From NCBI RefSeq assembly GCF_902713615.1, contig NC_052161.1, positions 26,549,908 to 26,613,907 on the forward strand: a stretch of 64,000 bases of DNA, in the 5' to 3' direction. The notes under the pieces were generated by a model, which had not been told where the DNA came from, did not search any database, and was given only the letters and a program-made list of their open reading frames with translations. Position numbers and translations under genes: made by a program. Shown in pieces: positions 24,101-36,051 of this stretch; position 1 is the first letter of the stretch, and each line of letters starts with the position of its first letter. Source of the stretch: Scyliorhinus canicula. Taxonomy: Eukaryota.

Positions 24101-26560
24101 CGGACGGATACCCAGCGGAGTTCTATAAAAAGTTCTCTGGGACTGGTGCTGATGAAGGTGTTTAATGAGGCAAGGGAAAGAGGGGTTCTGCCCCAGATGA
24201 TGTCACAGGCCGCGATTTAGCTTATCCTGAAACGGGACAAGAACCCGGAGCTATGTAGGTCCTACAGGCCGATACCCCTGTTGAATGTTGACGCCAGACT
24301 ATTGGCCAAAATTTTGTCCTCCAGGATCGAGGATTATGTGCCGGACGTTATTGTGAAGGATCAGACGGGGCTCGTTAACGGCAGGCAGCTGATGGCCAAT
24401 GTAAGAAGGCTGTTAAATGTGATCATGATGCCCCCGGAAAGTAGGGAGGTGGAGGTAGTGGTCGCAATGGATGCGGAAAAAGCTTTTGACCGGGTTGAAT
24501 GGGATTATTTATGGGAGGTTCTGGGGTGGTTTGGATTTTGGAGGGGCTTTATTGACTGGGTCAGGTTGCTGTACCAGGCTCCTGTGCAAGTGTACGGATG
24601 AACAGGACGACTTTGGACTATTTTAGACTGCATCGGGGGACGAGACAGGGATGCCCCCCTCCCCACTGCTGTTTGTGCTGGCTATAGAGCCAGTGGCAAT
24701 TGCTCTGAGAGCCTCAAGGGGCTGGATGGGGCTGGTCCGGGGGGTGGGGGGGGGTGGGGCGGATTGGAGCACAGAATCTCACTTTATACGGATGACCTGC
24801 TCCTGTATGTTTCGGATCCAATTGAGGGGTTGAAGAAATCATGGGAATTTTAGAGGAATTTGTCCGGTTCTCGGGGTATAAGCTTAATATGGGGAAGAGC
24901 AAGATGTTTGTGGTCCAGGCGAGGGGTCAGGAGAGGCGACTGGGGGATCTGCTGTTTAGATTGGTAGGGGACAGTTTCAGATACCTAGGTATTCAAGTAA
25001 CGAGGGACTGGGACAGGCTACATAAATTGAACTTGGCCCAGTTGGTAGATCAGATGAAAGATGATTTCCGGAGATGGGATGCACTCCCGTTGTCTCTAGC
25101 TTCAAACAGTGAAAATGACGGTCCTCCCAAAATTCCTGTTTGTATTTCAATGTCTCCCCATCTTCATTCCGCGGTCCTTTTTTAAGCGGGTCAACAAAGT
25201 AATTGCGGGCTTTGTGTTGGGGGCAATTTTACTGGGCGGCTAATATAGCCATGATCAGGAAGTGGGTGGTGGGGGAAGGGTTGGCATTGGTGCACATGGA
25301 GGCGGCTTATTGCAAGGTCACAAGTTTGGGGACATTGGTAACTGCGCCTCTGCCGTTCCCGCCGGTGCGGTACTCCACCAGCCCTGTGGTGGTGGCGGCC
25401 CTGAGAGTCTGGGGGCAATGGAGGAGATATTGTCTGGTCCCCAATCTGCGATAATCACCTGTCTGCCTCGGGAGTATGGATGGGGGCGTTCCGAATATGG
25501 CGGAGAGCGGGGATTGAAAGGATGGAGGACTTGTTTATAGAGGGGAGCTTTCAGAGTATGAGGGCGCTGGAGGAGAAGTTTGCGTTGGTGAGGGGAAACA
25601 AATTTAGACATCTGCAGGTGCGGGACTTTCTGCGTGGACAGGTGTCAACCTTCCGCCTCCTACCGCTAAGGGTAATTTTCAGAGGATGGGTAGGAGAGGG
25701 GAGCGTCTCTGACATTTACAAGGAAGTTATGGGATCCGAGGAGACGCAGACCGAGGAGCTGAAGTGCAAGTGGGAGGAGGGATTGGGGGGAAGAGATAGA
25801 GGAGGGCCTTTGGGCGGACGCATTGAGTAGAGTCAACACGACCGCAACTTGTGCCGGACTCAGCCTGATACAATTCAAGATCGTTCACTGGGCTCACATG
25901 ACAGTGGCCCGGATGAGCAGATTCTTTGGGGTGGAAGACAGGTGTGCAAAATGTGCGGGAGGACCAGCGAACCATGTCCACATGTTCTGGCCATGTCCAA
26001 AGCTTAGGGGATTTTGGCAGGGTTTTGCTGACATCATGTCCAAGGTATTAAAAACAAGGGTGACATTGAGTCCAGAGGTGGCGATTTTCAGGGTGTCGCA
26101 AGATCCGGGAATCCAGGAGGAGAAAGAGGCAGATGTTCTGGCCTTTGCTTCCCTGGTAGCCTGGAGACGGATACTATTAGCTTCGAGGGACTCAAAGCCC
26201 CCGAAGTTGGAGACCTGGCTATCTGGCAGGGCTAGCTTTCTCTGTCTGGAGAAAATTAAGTTCGCCTTGAGAGGGTCACTGTTAGGGTTCACCCAGAGGT
26301 GGCCACCATTCATCAACTTCTTCACGGAAAATTAATCGTCAGCAGGGGTGTGTGTGGGGGGGGGGGGGGCGGTGGAGGGGAGGGGGGGGCGGTGGTTAGG
26401 TTAGCGTAGATTAGGAGGTTAATTAATGGTGGGACCTGTTATGGAGGGAGGTGGTATTTGCACTATGTTTATAGTCTTATGTACATTGTTTATATTGTTG
26501 CTGTTACAATGCCAACAAATGCCTCAATTAAATGTTTATTTAAAAAAAACAAAAAAAAAA
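21200..26560 (+). mobile_element. Near full-length L1-clade LINE (5'UTR, ORF1, ORF2 APE-RT-CCHC, poly-A), inactivated by stops and frameshifts
   Basis: 5' GGACTTCCGGTGGCGGC; ORF1 remnants; ITWNVRGLN, LQETH, GGDFN (APE); KAPGPDG, DAEKAFDRVEW (RT); CCHC; A-tail; degenerate TSD AAAAcTTaGATT / AAAAtTTtGATT at a TT/AAAA site. Confidence 0.93.
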
Positions 26561-26728
26561 TTTTGATTACCAAAGTTTTACCTATTGCCAGCAGATTTGT
26601 TTTGCAAGCAGCATTTTATCAGGCTAATTGTAGGCACTGTATAGAACAGCTACACTAACAAGTCACTGAATGTGAAATTTAAAGATTGGCTCTGCATTCT
26701 ATTACTTACATGCAGTGCAATTGAATGA

Positions 26729-27040
26729 AGAACATACAGTGTAGAAGGAGGCCATTCGGCCCATCGAGTCTGCACTGACCCACTTAAGCCCTCACTTCAA
26801 CCCTATCCCCGTAACCCAATACCCCTCCTAACTTGGGTCACTAAGGGCAATTTATCATGGCCAATCCACCTAACCTGCACGTCTTTGGACTGTGGGAGGA
26901 AACTGGAGCACCCGGAGGAAACCCACGCACACACGGGGAGAACGTGCAGACTCCACAGACAGTGACCCAGCAGGGAATCGAACCTGGGACCCTGGCGCTG
27001 TGAAGCCACAGTGCTAGCCACTTCTGCTACCGTGCTACCC
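26729..27040 (-). mobile_element. HE1-type V-SINE
   Basis: Head, V-domain and HER1-type tail on the minus strand. Confidence 0.9.
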
Positions 27041-27286
27041 ATTGTGACTTTCATATTGACCATGACTAGACATTAACCTACATGCCTGGTTTTGAAGAGT
27101 TCACACTTACACCATTTGATTCCAATTGTTTTTGAATTAACATGCGTGATTATCCCTCTTCTCAAAACTGTATTTAGTGCATGAAAATCAGCAGGAAAAC
27201 CTTTGTGTGCTGATTATATATCCTTGACATCCAAAACTTAAATTACTGTAGTTAGTACAGAAAAATCAGAAAGCTGACAAGCATAC

Positions 27287-28902
27287 CTTATTTTTGTTGT
27301 GGTAGAGGATATACACTACCGCGACAAGCGATGATCCAATTAGCAGATAAATTATGAAGTGATGCTCAAATATTTCGGATAGCACAGTTTTCAGGATGGC
27401 AGGGCTGGCCGGCACTGCGTGTTCGCTGTTCCCTCTGTCCTCTGGCACTGCGTGTCCACTGTTCCCTTTGTCCTCTGGCACTGCGTGTCCACTGTTCCCT
27501 TTGTCCTCTGGCACTGCATGTCCATCGTTTACTTTGTCCTTTGTCACCGCAGTTCCATTGTTTACATTGTCCTTTGTCACCGCAGTTCCATCGTTTACTT
27601 TCTCCTTTGTCACCACAGTTCCATCATTTACTTTCTCCTTTGTCACCGCAGTTCCATCGTTTACTTTATCCTTTGTCACTGCAGTTCCATCGTTTACTTT
27701 CTCCTTTGTCACCGCAGTTCCATCGTTTACTTTATCCTTTGTCACTGCAGTTCCATCGTTTACTTTCTCCTTTGTCACCGCAGTTCCATCGTTTACATTG
27801 TCCTTTGTCACCACAGTTCCATTATTTACTTTGCCCTTTGTCACCGCAGTTCCATCGTTTACTTTGTCCTTTGTCACCGCAGTTCCATCGTTTACTTTCT
27901 CCTTTGTCACCGCAGTTCCATCGTTTACTTTCTCCTTTGTCACCGCAGTTCCGTTGTTTCCTTTGCCCTTTGTCACCGCAGTTCCATCGTTTACTTTCTC
28001 CTTTGTCACCGCAGTTCCATTATTTACTTTGCCCTTTGTCACCGCAGTTCCATTATTTACTTTGCCCTTTGTCACCTCAGTTCCGTTGTTTCCTTTCTCC
28101 TTTGTCACCGCAGTTCCGTTGTTTCCTTTGTCCTTTGTCACCGCAGTTCCGTTGTTTCCTTTGCCCTTTGTCACCTCAGTTCCATTGTTTACTTTGCCCT
28201 TTGTCACCGCAGTTCCATCGTTTACTTTGCCCTTTGTCACCGCAGTTCCATTGTTTACTTTGCCCTTTGTCACCGCAGTTCCATCGTTTACTTTGCCCTT
28301 TGTCACCGCAGTTCCGTTGTTTACTTTGCCCTTTGTCACCGCAGTTCCGTTGTTTACTTTGCCCTTTGTCACCGCAGTTCCATCGTTTACTTTCTCCTTT
28401 GTCACCGCAGTTCCGTTGTTTCCTTTGTCCTTTGTCACCTCAGTTCCATTGTTTACTTTGCCCGTTGTCACCGCAGTTCCGTTGTTTCCTTTGTCCTTTG
28501 TCACCTCAGTTCCATCGTTTACTTTGCCCTTTGTCACCGCAGTTCCGTTGTTTACTTTGCCCTTTGTCACCGCAGTTCCGTTGTTTACTTTGCCCTTTGT
28601 CACCGCAGTTCCGTTGTTTACTTTGTCTTTTGTCACCTCAGTTCCATCGTTTACTTTGCCCTTTGTCACCGCAGTTCCGTTGTTTCCTTTGCCCTTTGTC
28701 ACCGCAGTTCCGTTGTTTCCTTTCTCCTTTGTCACCGCAGTTCCGTTGTTTACTTTGTCTTTTGTCACCTCAGTTCCATCGTTTACTTTGCCCTTTGTCA
28801 CCGCAGTTCCGTTGTTTCCTTTGCCCTTTGTCACCGCAGTTTCGTATTTTTCTTTGTTTCCTGGTTCCTGTTTTCCTGGTCCCTCACCGTTCAATAAACA
28901 TC
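27287..28902 (-). CDS. TGOLN2/C5orf15-family gene, coding exon 3: repeat-rich luminal domain plus transmembrane helix
   Basis: Acceptor cttgcaatatag|GA (phase 1); ends HHFIIYLLIGSSLVAVVYILYHNKNK|gtatgc (phase 0), matching the family signature HFF.YL.....VAV.YI..HNKRK. Confidence 0.92.
27410..28845 (-). repeat. Coding minisatellite: about 43.5 copies of a 33-bp unit encoding (N/D)GT(A/E/V)VTK(G/E/D)K(V/G)N
   Basis: Direct inspection; the last 3-4 units diverge to SGHAVPEDKGN. Confidence 0.97.
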
Positions 28903-29042
28903 CTATATTGCAAGTGGTGGCAGAAAGAGGATTGAAAAGGTTACTTTTTTCTTTAAACATACTGCACTAGATGACACAAAACATTCCCAGCAAAATATAG
29001 CAATTATTGTATTGTAGATAAACATTGTAATTAAAGTATACC

Positions 29043-31880
29043 AGACTTCTGGTGACGGCTATGAGATGAACGGTTTCACAGAATGTGGCTCCCGTTTGGG
29101 GATTTGTTTTTTGGCCCTTTTTGCCCAGTTAATGGGTGTCTTTTGGGAAGAAGCGTAGTGTAGCTCGAGAGTTTTGGTTCCCCCTTCGGTGTGTGATGTC
29201 TGGAGGTTATAACACGAGGAATAAGTTGACAAAGGATCCCCAATGCCCTGCAGCCTCAGAAGGGGAGAAAATGGCATTAGTCTCTGTGGCGTCGTTGTCC
29301 TCTCAGTGGTCGACTAGGAGGTTGGTGGTTTCCTAACGTGGGAATTCAGAAAACAGGAGGGGGTGGTATTTGGATGAATTGGGGAATGTTCACTGTCCTG
29401 TTGGTAATGTGTGTGTGTGTTGGTGGTGGGGGCGCAGGAGTTGGCGGGGTGTTTTTTCCCATCCGATAATGTTTGACATTAAAGTTACGTATGGATAAGG
29501 AGACCGGTTCGCTGAGACATAATGCGTATTACTTTGATTCTTTGAGTTTTCCCAGGTGGGGTCACCGTGCAGGCGGGTATTCTGATTAATGGGAGCGGAG
29601 TGGGGGAGAGTACTGCAGCTGGTTACCTGGGAGGGTTGGGGGGAGGGGGGGTTCTTTTGTCCATTAAGCTAACGTGCATAGGTTTCTTGGGTTTTGTTTG
29701 CGGAGGGTGGGACTGTGCGGGCGATGGGTGGATTGCCAACAATGAAAGTTCCTTTGTTTACATACTGGTTTGAGGAGAGTGACGGTAGTCATTTTGGGTG
29801 GGCCTGGAGGGGGTGCAGGTTGGGGCCCTGTCAGACTTACTTGCGGAAGTAGAAGGGGCCCCAAGAGGGGCTGGGTGGGTCCCGGGGTTGGTGGGGTGGA
29901 TGGAACTTTATAAACAGTTTGCGGCTCTGTTGGTGTTTTATATATTAGATATGTTCAATGGTTCTTTGTCCCGGGTGTGGGTGTTACCCGCTACACTGGC
30001 TTCGATCTCTTTGATCTTCCAAAAAGGGCTAAAGACCTATTGTATAAATCCATCTCTCTGCCTACTTTCGATGCAAAGCTGTTGGCTAAGATGCTGGCAA
30101 CCCACTTCGGTGAATTCTGAGGAGCCGACAGGTTTTGTTAAGGGTTGAAAGTTGCCTGCCATTATTAGGAGACTTTTGAATGTGGTGTTGTCGCTCTCTT
30201 TCGGGTTTGAGCCAGAAGTGATTATCGCCATGGACACGGAAAAAGCGTTCAACTGGGAGGAGTGCGGGTACCTTTTTGAAATTATGGGCTGGTTTGGTTT
30301 TGGGCCTAAATTCATATCTTGGGTTAAGCTTTTGTATAGCGCCCCCACTGCAAGTGTCCGTAACAGTGCCCTGTATTTGGGGCACTTTTGGTTGAATAGA
30401 GGTACGAGGCAGGATTGTCCACTTTCCTTGTTATTGATCACTTTGGCAATTCAGCCGTTGGCCATTGCACTCTGGTCATCGACCAGTCGGAAGGGAATAG
30501 ATGGGAGATAGAGAACTTGGGGTTTCTTTGTACGCGAATGATTTGTTGTTATAGGTCACAGATCATCCCTCTCCAGTGGGGAAGGTAATTGAGGTACTTG
30601 GGAAGTTTGGTTCCTTCTCAGGGTATAGATTAAACATGGGAACGAGTGAAATCTTTCCGGTGAATCCTCCAGGAAGGGGAGGGGAGCTGATCTGGGGGGA
30701 TTACGTTTTGTCTGGCCAGGACTTCTTTCGGATATCTTGGGGTACGGGTAGCGCTGACTGGGCCTCGTTCCTTGGTTGAACCTGGCCCATCTGGTGAATG
30801 GGATGAAGGTGGATTTGAAGAGATGAAGAGATGGGATGCCCTCCCATTGTCGCTGGCAGGTAGAGTTCAGATGGGAAAGATAAAAATTCTCCCAAGGTTT
30901 TTGTCCATGTTTCAGTGTCTCCCAGTCTTTCTTCGGTAGGGTCAACAAGTTGATTTTGACCTTTGTTTAGGTGGGTTTGAAGGGTTTTTTGCAAAGGGAT
31001 AAACAATCGAGGGGATTGGCACTGCCTGATTTGATGGATTATAACTGGGCAGAAAACATTGAGAATGGTCAGGGGTGGTTTAAGAACTCAGATTCGGTAT
31101 GGGGGTGGATGGAGGAGGCTTCTTGTATATGAGGGCAGATTGAGGTGGCTTCTTGTGTCGGTTCGAGTTTGGGGGCACTTAGTACTGATCCTCTTCCCTT
31201 CTCTCCAGTCACGCTCTCTTCGAGCCCAGTGGTAATAGCCTCTCTGAGAATTCAGACAACATTTTAAGTTAGGATCTAGGTCGTTACGGGTTCCGATATG
31301 TGGGAATCATAGTTTTGAACTGGCTGGGACAGATTCAACATTTGAGATATGGGAGAGGGAAAGGGGTAGTGTGGATTGGAAATTTGTTTGAGGAGGGTAG
31401 GTTTGCTGAGCTGGAGAAGTTCCAACTTCCAAGAGGGATGTTCTCAAGGCGCGAGACTGTGCATAAGAACTTTGTTTCCTCGGTTGCTGGCGCCTTCATT
31501 TGTGGATAAGGTTCTGTCTCATGATGGGATAGGGGAATGGAGAATTTCAGATATCTATGGGCAGATACTGGCGATGGAGAAAGTAAAGGGAAAATGGGAG
31601 GAATAGTTGGGTTTGGTTTTGAAAGACGGGGTGTGGAGTGAGGCTTTGCATAGGGCCAACTATACCTCCTCATGTGCAAGGTTTAAGTTTGATACAGCAT
31701 AGGCTGCACTTGACCAAGTGGGTTCTTCCCGGGGGTAGAGGAGACTTGAATGGTGTTCCACGGGCGTGGCAAACCATTTGCACATGTTTTGTTTTTTCCC
31801 CAAGCTTGTTAAGTTCTGGGCCTCCTTTTCTGAAACAATGGTGAACATACAATAATGCCATTAGTGGCATTTTTGCTTTT
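29043..31880 (+). mobile_element. Old, heavily deleted L1-clade LINE
   Basis: 5' GACTTCTGGTGACGGCTATG resembles the 21200 copy; DTEKAFNWEE, RGTRQDCPLS and FSGYRLNM fragments. Confidence 0.85.
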
Positions 31881-32089
31881 CCGACTTGGCCACAAGTTTA
31901 CATTAGTGTGCAAGGCAGTAATATTGGTTTTCCCAAAGAAAGTCAACTTTGAATAACAAGTCATAAAATGAGACAGTGCTCACCAGCCGCATACAAGATT
32001 CAATGCATTCGTAATCGATCAGAGGGTTTCTAAGTATTAGAGGTAAAAAAAGTAAATTAAACTCCCAGTGCCACTTTAAGGAACAGTAA

Positions 32090-32787
32090 GGGGCAGCACG
32101 GTAGCACTGTGGATAGCATAATTGCTTCACAGCTCCAGGGTCCCAGGTTCGATTCCGGCTTGGGTCACTGGCTGTGCGGAGTCTGCACATCCTCCCCGTG
32201 TGTGCGTGGGTTTCCTCCAGGTGCTCCGGTTTCCTCCCACAGTCCAAAGATGTGCAGGTTAGGTGCATTGGGGGCAGCAGGGTAGCATGGTGGTTAGCAT
32301 AAATGCTTCACAGCTCCAGGGTCCCAGGTTCAATTCCCGGCTGGGTCACTGTCTGTGTGGAGTCTGCACGTCCTCCCCCTGTGTGCGTGGGTTTCCTCCG
32401 GGTGCTCCGGTTTCCTCCCACAGTCCAAAGATGTGCGGGTTAGGTGGATTGGCCATGCTAAATTGCCCGTAGTGTCCTAATAAAAGTAAGGTTAAGGGGG
32501 GGGGGTTGTTGGGTTACGGGTATAGGGTGGATACGTGGGTTTGAGTATGGTGATCATGGCTCGGCACAACATTGAGGGCCGAAGGGCCTGTTCTGTGCTG
32601 TACTGTTCTATGTTCTAATGGCCATGATAAATTGCCCTTAGTGTCCAAAATTGCCCTTAGTGTTAGGTGGGGTTACTGGGTTATGGGGATAGGGTGGAGG
32701 TGTTGACCTTGGGTAGGGTGCTCTTTCCAAGAGCCAGTGCTGACTCGATGGGCCGGATGGCCTCCTTTTGCACTGTAAATTCTATGA
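32090..32787 (+). mobile_element. HE1 V-SINE with a second HE1 V-SINE (32270-32617) nested inside it
   Basis: Outer copy breaks at GTTAGGTGCATTGG and resumes at ATGGCCATGATAAATTGCCC after a complete inner copy. Confidence 0.9.
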
Positions 32788-33989
32788 AAAAGAGGCAGCT
32801 ATCCGTGTATAGCTGCTACAATGCGCCTGCTCCCAATATGTTGGGACCGTTATCAGCAACAGAGTTGATAAGTGTAGGTCAAGGTGTTAACTGTAAATAA
32901 AATTCCCCTTTTTGCACTGAGCAGGCAGACAGAAATATAAATACTTAGAAAAGATTGGCATTATAAAGGTTAAAAGCAATTGATTGAAGCAAATTTTTTT
33001 TAAAAAGCAAATAATGTACAATTGTTTATCGAGCACAGACTAGCTCTGGCCCACACAAATCAGGATTTTAACCAAATGTTATTAATGTTAGGGCCAATTT
33101 TATTTGAGTACATCAATCAATCAATACCAGACAAATGAAGGTACTATATTGAAAGATAGATTTCCGTCATTGGGCACAATCCAGACTATAAAAATGCACC
33201 CATGCTATGATTGATTCAAATTTCCTGTGAATTTCATTAGAATAGTCACAAACGTGGGGATGCATGCAATCTAGTATAAGCAATAAGGCGCCAAAGGAGG
33301 ATAAAGGCTGGGAACCTCCGAGCACTGGCTAAAATAATCTGATTGCTGCTGCTGCTATTGAGAATTCCCAACCCGGACGCGACACTATTCCACATTCCTG
33401 TTGGGGTCTTCAAAGCCCAATTTTCTTCACAATGCAGCATCCCTCAGGGAACTCTGTTGTGGCAGAGTAGAGTCAGGAAGACAGGATATGCCCCTAGTTG
33501 CCCTTTGGCCAAGTTTTTCTGTCTTAACATTACCTGGGTAACTACCCAGGCAAGTACATCAAGACTATCCAAAGCCTCAGACTGTAACTTAGCATCAGAA
33601 ACATTCACAGAGGGTCCAGGGCAGCAGAGCAATTTTCCACCAGAAGTGAAAACTTTCCTTGTAGATCCGGGTGTCAGGATTTCCACTGGGCCCAGGCGTG
33701 AATCTTCTGTTGTATATAAAGTCCAGAGACCAGAAAATTTTATTCCAGGAACATAAAGTAAAAGTTTCAACTCCATTAACTAAATCATTCATACAAATCA
33801 GAAGGAGCCCAAAACTTGTAATCAGGAAACTTTGTAAATTTTTTATGTGGTTTCACTCAAAAAAAATGTACTGAACCTCATTTCCTGTTCAGGTCTTAAG
33901 TGAGGAAAATCTTTAAGATGCTCAATAATTGCAATGGATTATCAGAGAAATTATGATTTTCTATAACATTTGTAGTCAAGTAGTCACAT

Positions 33990-35355
33990 GGAAAAATGTG
34001 GGTTGATTGGAAGAGTCAGCATGGATTTTTAAAGGGGAAATCATTTTTAACTAATTTGCTGGAGTGTTTCAAGAGGATAACAGAAAAGGTTGATGAGGGT
34101 ACTGCTGTTGATGTGGTGTACATGGACTTTCAAAAGGCATTCGATACAGTGCCACACAACAGACTTCAGAAAAGTTACAGCTTATGGAATAAAAGGAACA
34201 GTGGCAACGTGGATCCAAAATTAGCTGAATAACAGGAAGCAGAGTGTAATGGACAATGGATATTTTTGGGGGTTGGAAGAAGGTGTTACCTCGTGCTCTG
34301 TATTGGGACCCTTGCTTTTCCTGGTATATATTAGTTATCTAGATTTTGGTGCGCAAGGGACAATTTCAAAGTTTCTGGATGACACAAAACTTGGAAGCAT
34401 TGTAAAGTGTGAGGAGGACAGTGCAGAACTTCAAAAGGACATATACAAGCTGGTGAAGTGGGCAGATAGGTGGCAGATGAAGTTGAGTGTGAAGATCGTG
34501 AGGTGATGCATTCTGGCAGGGTAGAACATGGAGAGACAATGCGCTGGATTCTCCGCTTCCCCAGCCACATGTTTCTCGGCAGCGCGATTCTATCCACCCA
34601 CTGCTTGTCAATTAGATTCCAAATTGAAACCACCCCACACCGCCGGAAACCATGGGCGGGGTTGCGCTGCTGGCGGGAAAAGTGAACAGGCGGAGTATTC
34701 CGGCCAATATAAAATAAGGGGTAATATTCTTAAAGTGTGCAGGAGCAGAGGGACTAAGGTCTATGTGGAGAGAGCAGTTAATAAAGCCTATATATTCTCG
34801 TCTTTATTAATTGGGGCATAGAGTATAGCAGCAAGGAGGTTTGCTGAACTTACACAAGACATTAGTTGGACTTCAGCCGGAATAGTGTGTACAGTCCCAG
34901 GCACCACACTAAGGATGTAAACGCATTGAAGAGTGCAGAAAAGATTTCTAAAAATGAGAAACTTCAGCAATGAGGATAGATTGGAAGGGTTGGGACTGTT
35001 CTCCTTGGAAGAAAGGCGACTCTGTTAGAGATGTTGAAAATCATGAGGGGATTGGGATAGAGAGGGAGAAACGTAAAAGGTTAAGAACGAGAGGGCACAG
35101 ATTTAAAGTGATTTGCAAAACAAGCAAATGTGATGCGAGAAAAAAATCTTTTTCACAGGAGTGATTTGTGACTGGAATGCACTGTGTGTAAGTGTGGTGG
35201 AGGAAAGTCCAATCGAGGCATTTAAGAGGGCGTTAGATGATTATTTGAATTGAAAGAATGTGCAGGGGTACAGGGAAAGAGGCAGGGCAGTGTCATTGGA
35301 GAGCTGGTGCAGACATGATGGGCCGAATGGCCTCCTTCTGTACCAATTCTGTGAT
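33990..35355 (+). mobile_element. Degenerate CR1-clade LINE 3' fragment
   Basis: SQHGFLKGKS.LTNLLE, DVVYMDFQKAFD, KFLDDTKLG; tail GGGCCGAATGGCCTCCTTCTG. Confidence 0.88.
34541..34705. mobile_element. Small Harbinger-type MITE inside the CR1 fragment
   Basis: GCGCTGGATTCTCCG...CGGAGTATTCCGGCC termini with 3-bp TSD AAT; removal restores the LINE sequence. Confidence 0.75.
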
Positions 35356-35503
35356 TCTGAAGAGAACCCCCTTTGAACCAGTGCATTCCGGAAACTCCTC
35401 ATTTTAAAAGGGCGGGGCTCGTTTTTATGGGCAGGGGGGGCTGAGACCTCTTTGAGAGATGAAGCGTTGCATTCGACTCCCAAATATACTGGAGGCTCCG
35501 TAC

Positions 35504-35597
35504 TTGGATTGGAGATTGCCCGTGTCCCTGGGGACAAATACGCCGCAAAATTTGAGGCAGACACAAACATCAAGAACAAAAAACAACCCCTTCCTCT
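35504..35597 (-). CDS. TGOLN2/C5orf15-family gene, coding exon 2: signal peptide RGRGCFLFLMFVSASNFAAYLSPGTRAISNP
   Basis: Acceptor cttccttgtttcag|AGA (phase 0); donor CCAA|gtacgg (phase 1) fits the phase-1 start of exon 3; basic n-region plus hydrophobic core. Confidence 0.72.
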
Positions 35598-36048
35598 CTG
35601 AAACAAGGAAGTTATTAAAACGAAAGTGAAGGCGAAGTTTTAGCGATATTAGTTGGTTACAATGGAGTTGGTTCCGGGGGATAGCACGTGCCCAAGACCA
35701 AGGTCCGACCACGGTCAGTTTCCCCAGTGAGTAGATACTTAATACACCCCCACCCCACACACACGCACAAACAAACAAAAAGTCAAGTTTAGATTATTGC
35801 CATGTCTTCCGTCTCTCACTGAAAACAAAAAGGACCTCCAGTGAAAACGTATCTCTGGACGTTTAAGCACAGTCGATGCAACACAACACCGGGGTCAGGA
35901 ATAGAACAAAGTTCCCGCTGGGACTGGGTAACCTGCACTGTTTGTATCAGCTCCTGAAGGATCTGTGCACCTGCTTCCCGTTTCCCACTGAAAAGACACA
36001 CGATCCCCCCACCCACCCCAGTCGAGTTTCACATGTAATAAAACTTAC

Positions 36049-36051
36049 CAT
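36049..36051 (-). CDS. TGOLN2/C5orf15-family gene, exon 1 coding part (ATG only)
   Basis: tcatcaATG|gtaagt perfect donor, in phase with exon 2. Confidence 0.68.

Noticed and set aside
27410-28845. CRISPR array or antifreeze-protein interpretation of the 33-bp/11-aa Thr-periodic repeat
   Set aside because: No unique spacers and a eukaryotic context; not Ala-rich like type I AFP; embedded in a TGN38-family membrane protein
28903-28960. ATG at 28960 as the true start of the 564-aa ORF
   Set aside because: The segment is a polypyrimidine tract plus acceptor, encodes no signal peptide, and the ORF end VCLSAF is read-through of a donor
27396-28970. Three long plus-strand ORFs (524, 492 and 464 aa) overlapping the repeat
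   Set aside because: Artefacts of a stop-free 33-bp unit; only the minus frame has splice sites, a TM helix and family homology
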